Source: Trichosphaerium sp. ATCC 40318 (taxonomy: Eukaryota > Protista > Tubulinea). From it: DNA of 64,000 nucleotides. The stretch spans positions 62,001-126,000 of the forward strand of contig JALMLS010000216.1 of NCBI GenBank assembly GCA_038496445.1. The letters run 5' to 3'. A program made the position numbers and the translations under genes. Of this stretch, positions 38,035 through 51,008 are shown in pieces; the stretch's first letter is position 1; each line of letters starts with the position of its first letter. The notes under the pieces are model-generated. The model was not told the DNA's origin. It ran no database searches and saw only the letters and a list, made by a program, of their open reading frames with translations.

Positions 38035-40996
38035 ATGAGAGCGCACGCTTTGATTTGCATTATTGCAATAGCCGTACTTTGTGCTGCTGCTGAACAAACA
38101 TCAAAACCTGATTTATTGCGCTACAAGCACTTTGATAAGAGAAACGTCGAAGGTACCTATAACCAAACAAACTTTTTAAATGTTACATGGAATTGTCGAA
38201 GTGTTCTTTTAGTATCGCGTGGCACTATAACGCCACTGCTTAGCTCAATTGCGATAATGACGTCGTTTAGTTTGCCCAAATAATTGTAATGGTCATGGTT
38301 CATGCACAAACGACGCGTGTGTATGCGCTACAGGCTGGACAGGTTTTGATTGTACTTATGGTAAGATTTATAACCAAAACCCCAAAAACGTCAAAGTCTA
38401 GCGTCATGGAGTAATTCTAATCTCTACTGTTTATTTCAACGTTCATTTTGTTTTAACTTGTCAACATAGCGATATCGGAAATAAGATCTGGTGTTAGTGC
38501 TGAAGGTACACGCAAAATACAAACGTAAGTGCTTACACCGAACAAGGAAACGTTAAAACTTTTGAATGGCATTACTATGAGATTACAAGCCCAACCGGTG
38601 ATCATCGTTTGGAAGCTGAAGTTCGTGAGACAAGCGCTGTAGCTAACGGCGATTGTGATTTGTTTATCAGACATGGTGAGTGCGAACTCTACAAAAACTC
38701 TTTTGTTTTACTTTTGCTAACCGTCTTTTAAAGGTGCCCTTCCTACAAGATCAGAGTTTGATTTCCGTCATGCCAATGAAGATAACGTAGCTACACTATC
38801 TGTACCTCATGCTAAGCCAGTACGTTTTTGATATTGGCTTTGTGTAAAGCTTGTATTATGGGTTTTAATTTGTTTACTCGTCAGGGTGTTTGGTATGCTG
38901 GTGTTCTAGGTTTTACCCACTGTGAGTACATTATTACTCTAACGATTGATGCCAGTACGTGACTTTATCCGTTTGGGGCGAAATTATAACTGCTTTGTTC
39001 TTTAGACAGCTGTCCTCATGGATGTAGTGGAAGCGGTGACTGCGTAGATGGTATTTATTTTTTTGTCCTCTTGGTTTTGTTCCGTTTAAGTACCCATTAT
39101 TTGTTATAGGAACATGTAGTTGCTATGTGGGACATACAGGAGAAGACTGCAGCACGCGTATGTTGATTTTTATTTGAAAAGAAAAAAAACATCAAGTCCT
39201 TTCAAAAACTAAGTAGAGCGTTTTAGTTGAGTCTGTACTTCACTTTGATGACCCTAAAATTGGCGAAAAAGTTGATCACGCAAAATGGAGATATTACCAA
39301 CTCGTTGTTGATAAAGGTACCTTACTGTCGGACAATTTTTTGGTTCATCCCACATTTTTTTGTATCTTGCCTTTATTATTAACAAATTGTTGTTTAAGAC
39401 TATGCTAATATTACCATTCAAATGAATGAAACATCTAAGGATACAGATTGCGATATCTTTATCAAAAAGGACAACAAAATGCCTACACAAACCAGCTGGT
39501 ATGTTGTTCTCTTGCATTCCAATTTTTGTTTTTTGAAGTAAAAATGTTCTTTTATTTACTGACTACTAGGGACTATGCTGATGCCTCTATACATAAAAAT
39601 ACTGGTATATCCGTAGTCCATATTACAGAACCTAAACAGACAACTTATATTATTGGTGTACACGGGTTCTCATCGAAGACTTGCACTTACAATATCTTTG
39701 CGCTTTCTGCAGGTAAAACTTTCTATTTAATTAATCACTGCTAACTTTTGTGTAGAACAAGACAGCGATGATTGCCCTAACAAGTGTTCTAAACATGGTC
39801 ATTGTAACAACGGCCAATGTGATTGTCCTGGATACACTGGAGACCGTTGCGAAGAACGTACGCACTAGATTTACACGTATTTTCTGTTTTGGTTGAAATG
39901 AGGTTAACAGATTTTTTTGCAGGTACTGCTGCTTTGAGTGATGCAGAGACTGTTACTGGTTATGTGGCTAACTTTGAATGGAATTACTATAAATATGAAT
40001 CAAACAGCAACAACGAGCTCTATATTGCAGTATCACAAGCGGCTAAGAACTCGGATTGTGATGTTTTCGTTAGAGCAGGACAAAAACCCGGCATGTACGT
40101 ATTAATGTCAATTTTTTTTATTGCTGGCGAGAAGTTTTTACTCACTTGGAATACCTTTAGGTTCAGTTATGATTACTCTGACCAAACCTGGAAGGAGCAA
40201 TTTAGCATTACAGTCCCAAATGCTGGCCACAAGACATACTATATTGGTATTGTAGATAGAGCAATATCTGGAGTTGCATGTGAATACACTCTTACAGCAT
40301 CCGAGAGCAGTATGTCTATTGATGTAACCTTAGAGATCAATACTGACCACTTCTTTTTATAGGTGCATGTCAAGGAGGTTGTGTACACGGGACTTGTGAC
40401 TCTGGAACTTGTTCATGTGCTGACGGTTGGAGTGGCACTACTTGCAGTGAAAGTACATTTATTTGTTCAACGTAATTTTACTGATAATACTTACGGTTTT
40501 TTTTCTTAGCGCAATCTTCTCTTGTTTCTAACGTAACAATAACTGGTTCTGTTGATATTGGACAATGGAAATATTATACTTTCTCTAGTACATCTAGCTC
40601 TGTATACTTCCATCTTTATGAAGTACGATGTTCTCTTTTTTCATGTTTTTTTTCGTTTTACTTGAGTGATACTTACTTTTGTTACTATTAGCCTACCACT
40701 GAGGGATATGTTTGGATATTCGTAAACGAACGTGATGATCCTGATTTGATGTACGTTTATCAGTGCACGGACACTGTTGCTCAACTGTTTTTCGTTTTTT
40801 CCTGATGTAAAAGTCTGACGATTTCGCAAGGTTGAATGTTGCATCAGCTGTTGAAACAAACAAGAAAATACATCGTGTACGTATTGATAATGATGCCAAT
40901 GAAGCAAAAGAATACCATGTCGGCGTATACGGATCACCTTTCCTTGAACACGGTCCTACACAATTCCAACTTGTTGCTTTCGCACCTGATTTCTAA
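38035..40996 (+). CDS. Secreted protein with alternating EGF-like and PPC (pre-peptidase C-terminal)-like domains
   Basis: Signal peptide; EGF units CPNNCNGHGSC, CPHGCSGSGDC, CPNKCSKHGHC and CQGGCVHGTC alternate with DCDLFI....P...YD...YYIGV PPC motifs. Confidence 0.85.
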
Positions 40997-41094
40997 CTGT
41001 AACAAAAAAACCAAAATAAAAATATCCATGATTCAAGAGCTTACCAATACAATTGTATTGATGCTTCAAACAAACCTTCCACAAACGAGCTACG

Positions 41095-41300
41095 CGAGAA
41101 AGGTAGAAAGGTGGTGACAAATCGCTCATTCAAAGCCGGTTTGACTTTCCCGTTGGCCGTCTCCACAGGCAACTCAAACGAGGTCAATTCGCAACGTGTA
41201 GGTACTGGTGCTCCAGTGTACCTCGCCATTTTGGAATATTTGACCGCCGAAGTTCTCGAACTGGTCTCGACAACAAGAAAGTTCGTATTGTGCCAAGACA
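41095..41300 (+). pseudogene. Histone H2A pseudogene fragment
   Basis: [10 protein letters not shown] / frameshift / [14 protein letters not shown] / frameshift / [23 protein letters not shown] / deletion / [10 protein letters not shown]. No ATG and the C-terminus is missing. Confidence 0.85.
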
Positions 41301-41769
41301 ATAAAGTGTTGAAAGGTGGCTCAAAAGTCAACGTGGTTAGAAAAATATTTAGATTTTAAAGACACAAGCGTGGTAACCGCTGCAACGCCTTAAACCACTC
41401 AAGCAAACCAGGGTTTAACCTACACGTGTTTATTGCCTTAAGAATTGAGTTCCCTCCTATAAATATGTCCACAGGCACGCCGTACAACGTAGTATTTAAA
41501 AACGAGCTTTGTAAGTCAAAATCCGTGGGTTTGCACTACTTTTCGGCAATAGGAGGCTGTGTATTTCTTCGAAATTGATCAGAGTCACGTTTCCAAAGAA
41601 CGATATCGACGAAACAAAACATGCCTAATGTCGCGAAATGTAGTGCAAACCCACGTGTGTACACAAGTATCACTAAACGGCTTAGTAAAGATCATTGACA
41701 TATTCAATACACGCTGGTAATTCTGAGCGTTAACATCTGCTTTTAGATCCTTCACCTTCAAAAATTTCA

Positions 41770-42687
41770 TTGTCTTCACGAACTCTCTGTTGTCTTGGGT
41801 ATATTAAACCTAAAATCAATATATTAGACATTCCATGTGATATTCAACGTTATTTATGTACCTTCACTGAAGAAACTTTTAAAAAGTTTCATATACTATC
41901 TAAAAGAGCTGCGATTAATACATGTTACAATGACAAGCTTGAAAAACATGGTACTTGGATGGAGTGGCACACTTCTGGCAAATTAAAAGCAAGATACTCC
42001 TGTATTAATAATGAAAAGAGTGGTAGATACAGACTGTGGTATGACAATGGACAACTACATATACAAAGTGTGTACGTTGATGGTAAAATAAGTGGAGAAC
42101 ACAATACTTGGAGTGAAGAAGGGCAATTGATATGCAAAGCTTTCTTCAAAGATGGTATATTAAATGGCGAGTACAAAGAGTGGCATGACAATGGACAACA
42201 AAAAATACAACTTTTGTATATTAATAATAAAAAGACTGGTGAGTATAATAGGTGGCACCCTAATGGTCAACTTAAGATACAATGCATGTATATTAATGGC
42301 AAACAGGACGGTGAAGCAACAGGCTGGTATAGTAATGGTCAAGTACGCTATCACTGCAACTATGTTAATGGTGTACTAAATGGTGAATACAAACTGTGGT
42401 ATGACAATGGACAAATCAAGGTACAGCAGTTATATCGAAAAGGCAAATTGAATGGTGAGAGTAGGCGCTGGTGTAACAATGGTCAAATTGAATCGCACAA
42501 TGAGTATATTGATGATAAAAAAGATGGAATGTCCAAGGAATGGTTTAGAAGCGGCCAGATTTATTCGCAATATTCATATGTCGCTGGCGTAAAGCATGGC
42601 GAGTCAAAAAAGTGGCATGAAAGTGGAGAACTATATAAACACTGTTGGTATGTTAAGGGAAAAAGAAATGGCAAGTATAAAGTCTGA
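41770..42687 (+). CDS. MORN-variant (YwqK-like) repeat protein with F-box-like N-terminus; true start uncertain
   Basis: About 10 repeats of Y.NG...G.YK.W..NGQ in one uninterrupted exon; N-terminal ILDIPCDIQRYLCTF. Confidence 0.85.
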   Translation: MSSRTLCCLGYIKPKINILDIPCDIQRYLCTFTEETFKKFHILSKRAAINTCYNDKLEKHGTWMEWHTSGKLKARYSCINNEKSGRYRLWYDNGQLHIQSVYVDGKISGEHNTWSEEGQLICKAFFKDGILNGEYKEWHDNGQQKIQLLYINNKKTGEYNRWHPNGQLKIQCMYINGKQDGEATGWYSNGQVRYHCNYVNGVLNGEYKLWYDNGQIKVQQLYRKGKLNGESRRWCNNGQIESHNEYIDDKKDGMSKEWFRSGQIYSQYSYVAGVKHGESKKWHESGELYKHCWYVKGKRNGKYKV

Positions 42688-43178
42688 TAAACAATATTAT
42701 TTGCTATTCATCCCAAGGGGCAAGATTGTAAGCTGTATCACCTATCAACACGTGTTTGCATTTACTGGAGAAATACTATGTACAATGTGCTTAGGCGCCT
42801 AAGTGTATACAACCAATAAGTAGCTGCTAAGGTTGAAGTGAGAACTGCATACATTTTGGCGGTTGGCTTTGAATGTACAATGTTTGAAAATAAATAGTAA
42901 GGATAAAAAGTCTGTTTTGCGTGTTAACTTGCTCTTGTATGAACTAAAAACAAACCTTTGCTGTTGAAGTGTTTACTCCTGCGTCACAGATAAGAGCACG
43001 ATTTTTTTAATCAACTCTTATTTAATCTGCTCAACAGACATCATACGCGTGTTGCTACATTTTTATGTGTATTCGAAAATGTCTTGACTGGGACATTGTT
43101 TCTGTTTGCAGTCTCTTATGCCTAAAAAAGCTATAAGTTCCGAAAACGAGCCTCGATTCCCTCAGGTTGTTTTTAGTG

Positions 43179-46100
43179 ATGAACACTCTATTGTTTCTAG
43201 CACTACTTTTGTGCTTTACATCCGTATACGGGCTAAGAAACATAACCGTTGGTAAAATTTGATGAAAATAGCCTGTTTGCTCTCGTACTGATTTATAGTA
43301 AGGTTTAACGATACCACAAGGCGGTGGACCATTTCAGAGTGTTGTTCCTGATATTGTGTACGTAATGTTTTAAACTTCATCTAACCTTCTAAAACAGAGA
43401 CGGACTGCGGTTTTTTGAAGATTTCATTGCGAATAAACAACCGATTCAACTCGAAAATGAAGCGGTCGGCATTCAGTTTAAAACATACGAAGACAACTAT
43501 AACGTATCTCGTATGATAGAACTGTACACAGGGATGGTAAATGATCCTTCTATATCTCTTATGCTTGCACCTTTTGGTTCAGCTGTAGGTAACGTCATCG
43601 CAACAGCGGTTACGGATCCAGCAAACCAATTCCTGCGTGCGCTTCTATTTTCACTCGTTTTAAAAAGGGAAACACATCGAAGTAACCCATAATTGTAGTA
43701 TCGTACTCTGCTGAGTCAGAGGATAGTATTGAGGGCACCAGATTGTATTTATCAAGCGCTCCACTATCTTCAGCAACTCACAAGTCTACACTACCTCTAC
43801 TACGCGTAGCAAACGTACAGACGATAACCCTAATTTATGACGTGCGTATTCTGGAATAGCCATTGTTTCTTAACATTCCGTTGTTAGCCAACACCTACAG
43901 CTGTATATGCTTCTCGTTGTACTCATCCTAACTTCCTCGACCAACTCAGACGCAATGGAATAACAGTCAAAGCAGAAATTCCACTATTCCAATTTCAACC
44001 ACTTGCAGGTATTCAGAATGTCTTATTCGTCGTTTTTGTTGCTTGTACTGATATTGCTATGGATAGGCTTCTTTGGTGCCCAGCGTAAAAATCCTTTTGT
44101 TGCAGAACCAACTGAGTATCCGGACAGTTTCAAACAAAACTTAACAAATGTTGCTGAAGAAATCATTAAAGCTGATTCAGATGCTGTCCTTTATTGTCAC
44201 GTTCTTGTACGTGGTGTCGGCTATGTTATGAAAGAACTAGAGGAACGAAATTATACACCAAAGTTTGTACAAGCTCCAGCAATGTACCAGAATGAACTTG
44301 AAGTTGAAGCACCTTTTTCAAAAATTTACTTACGATATTTGACGAGTAATATTGAGGTACAGTAAAACCGTGATCATTTTTGTAGCACAAAACATACAAG
44401 GAAAAAACCACTAATACGCTTTGCGCGGTTTTTAGTTTGAAGAAGGCGGAAGGGCTGATTTCCCACAGACGAAGTATTTTGGAAATATGACTTTTTTTAA
44501 TCAACAATTTGAGTCTTTTGTAGGTAGAGTACGTTCCTAACCCCGTCTCGAAGGTTTTATTTTACTAACGTAGAATGTGTTGTAGAAGATGAATTTCTAT
44601 TCGGTGAGGGTGAATATGGCTGGCTTACTTCTTAAAATCACAATAGAAAGCTTAGTCAAGCAATACGGATCACTACTTTCTGTACATATTTACCTGCTCT
44701 ACTAATGCTAATGATTACTCACAGCTCAACAATGATGGAGCTCTGGCTTTAGCAACAGAAAACACAACTTGTAGTTTACAAAACTCCGTAAGAACCATCT
44801 TGATGTGATTGCATGAGTCTAACTTTTGATCTTTTTTGACAGTTGCAATTTGAGGTGTATCGTACAATGCTTGGATTACGTGAAGATACAATGGTAGGGC
44901 AGTTTTCATGGGGAGGAACAGGACAACAACAACTAGAGCCTCTTGTAATACAAATGAATCAAATACTTTCAAACCGAGTACCAATGGCTCCTAAAGTCAT
45001 TCAAAAAACTAATTTAATTTACCCAATGCCAACATGGGAAGAACGCATTTTTGATCCTCAATTCGGTACGTTAGAAACACTTGGTTTTCCTTTCAGTAAC
45101 ACTAAGTGCATAGGGAACTGGAAGGAATATGTGATATGTATACTTTCAATACTACTAGTTGTATCAGTGATACCTTGGTTGGCATATGTTGCAATCTGCC
45201 ATGACAAGAAACACATCAAGGTATGCCAGAGGTTTAGTGCGAGACGCTGTTCAAAAGCTCATTTCTTAACGTAGACATCAGCTCCTGTTTTTCTTTGTCT
45301 TACGATTGTTGGTGCAATATTACTGTTCATTGCTCCATTTTCGTTATTACCAAATGTTGTATCGGATTTCACGTGTGTCTTTCGGTACTGGATCATTGAT
45401 CTTGGATTTGTTCTTCTCTTTGGGTACAAACTTTTTCAGAATCAACAGCTTGTTTAGCTGAAATACTGACATGCATCAAGGCCGTTGTTTGCCAAAACTT
45501 TACGAGTGGAGCGTCTATATAATATTAAAACAATAGAAATTGTTAAAATAAGTACGTCTCAACCTACTACATTTATCTGACATGGATTTTTTAAAGCAAA
45601 CTTGGAAGTATTTTTGTGGGTCGCTGGATTGTTTGCAGGTCACGTTCTTTGCCTTATTATTTTGGTACTCAATTAGTGTATAAGAATTATTCTAACTATT
45701 GCACAAGAGCGTAGTAGGTGATGTAGAACGGACACTTGTTGTATTGTCGTCTGTTCGTATAAACAATAATTATTACAGTTGCACACAAAACACTGCCGCC
45801 ACTGTTATTGGATTCTTCATTCTTGGATTTAATGTACGCTACCATTCGGTTTGTATTCCTACGTTTGTAGTAATATCTCATAGGTATTGCTTCTGCTGGT
45901 AGGAAGTATTATTGCATTTAGAATAAGGAAACTACCTATGAAGTTCTACAATGAATCACGTGTCATTTTCTTTGCTGTTTACAATGTATTATTCTTTGTG
46001 ATTTTAGAAGTAGCACTAGTGTTTTCAAATATTGATAGATTTACATCTTTTCTTCTATTGTCATTTTTCATGATGTTGGGTGCAGGTAACTTGGATAGTA

Positions 46101-46283
46101 ATTCAAAACATTCTCATTGTACAAGCATTACAACTAATTGTATACATAGCCATCACAGCGCATACACTGTGCTTTCACGTTCTTCACTTGTCCACTGTCA
46201 AGAACACAACAAGCTCCTTCGGTCGTAGTCGGGGTACTAATACTAATGGAAGTGCTACTACTATGCCTTCGACCACTATGTAA
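43179..46283 (+). CDS. Class C (GABA-B-like / Grl-like) GPCR with periplasmic-binding-protein ectodomain
   Basis: Signal peptide MNTLLFLALLLCF, LMLAPFGS, IYPMPTWEER, TSAPVFLCL, LGFVLLFGPLFAKTLRV and AFRIRKLPMKFYNESRVI. Confidence 0.9.
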
Positions 46284-46536
46284 TATGAGCATAGCAGAAC
46301 TAGTACACAAACCACGTGTGCTAAGTTCATTATTGCTGTACTGCACATGTAACAAAAGATAAGAATTCTTCCAAAACTCACTCCTGGTGTGTTTATTTGC
46401 ACGGTATTTACAAGCGATTGTAATCTATTTTCTGCATCTATAAATAAACGCAGTGAAAGCGAACTAGCAGTCTCCACAGAGCGGATCCTTGGCTATTGTA
46501 TTTACATAGTTTAAACGAAGTGTTGGTTTATGGTGT

Positions 46537-46833
46537 CTATTTAAGCGCTCGCCATTGGAACAAGCACTTCAAATCAATGTGACCAACCTTGTTACGCGGG
46601 TACATAGCTATTTTATCGCTATCTTCAAGCCGGGTAGTGTTATGAGCTTCTCCAGCGACAAGCGTACATCTAATACACTCTACCGCCGTTCTGTCGGCTT
46701 CACTGAGTTTTTGGTCTATCAGCAGCTGTTTTAGTTCGTGAACTGTCGAGTTTGCTTTAACGTCTAATTCGAAAGTAGCGTTTGTTATGTCAATCACTTT
46801 TATGTGTACAGTCGCGTTTGTTGCTTGTTCCAT
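46537..46833 (-). CDS. Small ubiquitin-like domain protein (intronless)
   Basis: IKVIDITNATFELDVKANSTVHELKQLL...LEDSDKIAMY beta-grasp pattern; no terminal GG. Confidence 0.65.
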   Translation of the reverse strand: MEQATNATVHIKVIDITNATFELDVKANSTVHELKQLLIDQKLSEADRTAVECIRCTLVAGEAHNTTRLEDSDKIAMYPRNKVGHIDLKCLFQWRALK

Positions 46834-47385
46834 TGATGCAGTTTAAACTTATTATCTGCCTGGTCAACGTCTTTTACAATTCAATGAATGTCGCTACAAT
46901 TGTAGTTACAGTGAAATGTATTCCCATCTCTTTGCAGTGTAACCACCGTCGTATTCATAATCTTGAAATAAGCAAAAATTGAACTAGATTGTGACCCTAA
47001 GTATGTTTTAACGAAGGTGAAAAGTATACGTAACCAAGACATAGATAGTGAGCAAGACAAAATATCTTGACTATCTCATTTTGAACATGCCATGAGTGTA
47101 CAAAGCAGAGGCGATTATAGAGAAGCATTTGTACCGTGGTTCATCTAAACATTAAGATAGCATTGTGGTTATGTGCCAGAAAAAGAAAGAAGCTCAAAAA
47201 CAACTACAGATTTTCACCTTTTTTATCGTAGAACTTAATTACAACTTGTAGATTAAATTAAATACAATAGCAGTCTGTCGCATCCCTTAGAGTTGCTACA
47301 GAGCCTAGTTATCAATTATAAGACATTTTAGTTTGAATTGTTTTAGGCTTAATTGTGTGCTTTCTTTTCGCCTCAAGCTAGCACC

Positions 47386-48979
47386 ATGATTGGTGGAAAG
47401 GAGATGACGGAACTTTGTGAGCATAAATCGCTCAAAAACACAACAGTAATTGGAAAACACGATAAAACGCTAATACTAACATGTAACGAGCAAGGTATGC
47501 ACGAATTACGACCAAACAAGTATTTTTACTTAAATGGGCTTGGAATAAACACTAACACTACAAGGAGTAACAAAATGGCCTCGAAAGAGGTTCCCAGACA
47601 TGCTAGTGGCGAATCTGTGTAAATTTGTTTCAACTATTAACTTATCAAAAAATGAGTTAGAACAGTTTCCTCCTTCCATCTGTCTCCTCACTAACTTGAC
47701 GAAACTTAATCTATCTGAAAATAAAATACAAGTACGTCATGGCTAAGAAAACATGTCACTCTCCCTTTTGGGATCTTATCACGTGTTTTGCCAATTACAT
47801 GTGATATCTTGATGTGTTTATTAACTGTGATTTTTAGACTTTACCTCTGGAATTGACGTCATTGTGCAAGTTGACGTTGTTGAATGTGTCTTGTAATGTG
47901 ATTGAAGAAGTACCTGATTATTTTAATCAATTTACAAAGCTTAAGACAGCACTATTATGTAACAATGTTATGCGTGCTATTCCATCAAGTGTTTGGAAGA
48001 GTAAAAACTTAAAAAAGTTTGATATATCAGTACGCTATTCAATACTAGATACTAATCTGCATACCTCACTAACCTACTAAAAGGGGAATTACCTCGAGCT
48101 AGAAACTATTCCTGAAAACATGTTTTATCGACTAGACAAGCTTTGCTATTTTTATAATGATCAATACACTCCACAAGAGATTATCCCAAACCTTTACTTA
48201 GGTACTAATTGTTGAAGTTCTTATAAAAATATAAACAACTAAAATTCGTTAGGATCTTATAAAAGTGCTATGGATGAGTTTGAGATGGTACGTATTTAGA
48301 ACCTTACCTATATGTGAGTTGTATGGCTTATTTTCTTAATTTCAGAAACGTTTGGGCATCACACATGTACTTACTGTAGGGAATGATCTTCCGCCACTTT
48401 TCAAAGGAAAATTCAAGTACAAACAAAAGAAATTTCTTTAGGCTTGTATAGTTAACTCACTTGGTGATTAGATACGAGGTTTTAGTCATTTTTGATAACC
48501 CTGCTGCTTCTCTTTCTAGTCACTTTAGCCGTTTCAACAAGGTAATATAAACGTACAAAGTTGTGTGGCTTCTAACCTGGCATTTTATCTAGTTTATCGA
48601 TAGTGGTATTGAAACTGGTGTTCTTGTACATTGTCTCGCTGGCGTATCGAGATCAGCCACAGTAGTTATGGCTTATTTGATATGTACGTTTTGTTTTTAT
48701 CTTCTTTCTTTCGGTGGCATGTGTTTGTTTACTGGATTCTATTTATAGCAAGACATGCGATGACATATGAAAAGGCTCATGAACATGTTATTGCCAAGAG
48801 ACCGTGTATTGAGCCAAATTGGGGGTACTTATTATACTTATAAAGGTAGCTTAGTTTCAACACTTATCCTTTACTCCAGATTCAAGCAACAATTAAAAAA
48901 ATACTCTAAGAGAAAACATGCTCCACCGTCATCTTTAAAAAAACTTAGAAAAAGCTTGAGCGGAGGTTTGAGGCTGTAA
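47386..48979 (+). CDS. Leucine-rich-repeat dual-specificity phosphatase
   Basis: LRRs (LNLSKNELEQFP, LNLSENKIQ, LNVSCNVIEEVP), then EIIPNLYLG, VHCLAGVSRS and IEPNWGF. Confidence 0.9.
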
Positions 48980-49258
48980 ATATTTGTAAATAAAGTACAC
49001 AAACAAAATTCGGATTATTGTGGTACAGTATTCTGTAGCTTAATGAGATTCAGGGCTACTTCGAACCTCTGTAGCATGATCCGCCTGGATTCATCAAGTG
49101 AGTCCACAATGATACCCTTACAATGGATAACAATAATTGATGCAAAAGTTCAAGGAGAAAGTGAAATTCACCGAACGAGGCAAAATGTGTTTGATAAGTC
49201 TAAGGAGAACTCAAAATAACGAGTACCATTTTATAGCGAGAAAGTAATTTATTACATA

Positions 49259-49547
49259 CCTCAATCGTAGGAAGGCACCACGCCAAGAAAAATTTGAACG
49301 ATCAAAACCACAGATTTTTTCTGTAATATTCTTGTTTTATATTTCTGAATACCTCAAAGATTACGTACCTGTTTCTGTGTCTTCTGTGATCATGTAGGCA
49401 GAGACACTACTTTAGAACAGCCTGTAATGCACATTGTTCGGGTGGCTAAAGTAAGATAACGCCGTTATGGGTTAATCTAGAACACAATTTTTGTCTCATT
49501 GGCACACGCGCTTGTCGCTAAGCCAAACCAAAAAACAAAGAAAACAA
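49259..49547. repeat. Dispersed repeat, copy 1 (inverted relative to 62603-62835)
   Basis: Near-identical reverse-complement match, e.g. GGTGGCTAAAGTAAGATAACGCCGTTATGGGTTAATCTAG; this copy carries an extra 59 nt. Confidence 0.92.
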
Positions 49548-49797
49548 TCACCCGAAACTATTATTCCTCACTCAACGTATAGTTCCTAATTTTACGCCAA
49601 TCAAACAAGTAAAGTATAGTATATATTCCTTAATTGAAGCCAAGGAAAATAAAAAAAATCGAATTTGTAGCAATATAACTAACTGTACTGCATGACCCAA
49701 AGTTCGTTTTCAAGATAAAACAATTAAGATAGTAAAGAAACATGAAACAAGTTGAACGATCACGTGATTTCTTTATAATAACGTACACAATATTAAT

Positions 49798-50819
49798 TTA
49801 GTACTTGTCTTTGTCAGTTTTTCTTCTCTTTTTTCTGGAAGAAGACGATCTATCACGTCTTGTATCATCCTCATGATCATCTTTATCCTTACGCTTACGT
49901 TTCTTGTGTTTCTTATGCTTCTTCTTATCCTTTTTCTTCTCTTTTGCAAGTAGTTTCTTATATAAATCAACTCTAAGCTCTCTGTAAGCAACAACAACGA
50001 TCACAAAACTAACACCAAAAAAAAACCAAAATTACCTCTTCTGCTTTTCATCTATTTGTGTATCTCTTCTTGGTTCCTCACGTCTTGCGTCTCGTATATA
50101 GTGTGCCATCGGGTCTTGGTTTGCCTACAACACAGAAACCTGTAGTTTCTCTAACCGAGTTTCGTGCAAACCTTTGTAAATTCATCCCACTTGTTTCCTT
50201 TTAAAAATAACGGGCATTTTCTACTATCCGATCTATGACCATATCCCTGTTTATGTATGCGTTAGAAAATGCGTGAGAATACGTTTATAAAGAAAGGCTG
50301 TTGTTCTTGTAGTCTTACCTTGCAACGCCAGCATTTTGTTGTTCTACCCATTTGACCGAGGGGAATAGCACCACCTGCTGCTGTTTGACGGCGTACAAAG
50401 TCACGTACGTCTTTATTCTCGGGTAGGTCTGGAATTCTGTCTTCTGGTTTCCTCTGATGTGCTGTGAGGCGATTTTGATGTAAACGGAGAATGTAAAACG
50501 CACTTCTTTTTCCTCATCGTCGCTATTCGGTTCTTTACCTAAAATCTTACTCTCCTCTGCACCTGGAGGCGGTTTGTACATAAAATCCAGCGATGCCTTC
50601 TTTTGTTCAGCAGCAGATTTACGAGCAGTGTACAAAGCCTCTTGTTCCTCTTTTTCTAACTGCTTCTTTCGTCTCAGACGCGCTAAAGCGCCAAGCTTGT
50701 CTCTCTGCTTTGCTTCAAAAACTTTGCTCCTATTAGCTTTATTTCCCGTCGCCCATGACTACAGAGTTGGTAAGGTAAATACAAAAGCAATATCCAACCT
50801 TTTTATTGATGAAGCTCAT
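49798..50819 (-). CDS. CIR1/RP9-like splicing-associated protein (Cir_N + CCHC knuckle + Lys-rich tail)
   Basis: MSFINKK.WATGNKANRSKVFEA, LDFMYKPPPG, KCWRCKGYGHRSDSRKCPLF, QDPMA and a KKHKK tail. Confidence 0.8.
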
Positions 50820-51008
50820 CGTAAGGGCGCTGTGAAGAAAGTGACAGTCAAAACTAGTCTGTGAATTGCCGGTCAAATAATTAGTTATTTCAGTGTGTAC
50901 GCGTACACAGTCGTTATTGCACGCTGGTTTCCGTACAAGCAACTAAGAATAGCAGCTCTTAAGTCCATATTTTTGCCTAATTTAGGTTTCGATGCATGAA
51001 ACGACATA

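Noticed and set aside
44521-44530. Apparent 5-nt microexon in the GPCR
   Set aside because: The upstream exon reads through in frame (FESFVGR), so no extra intron is needed.
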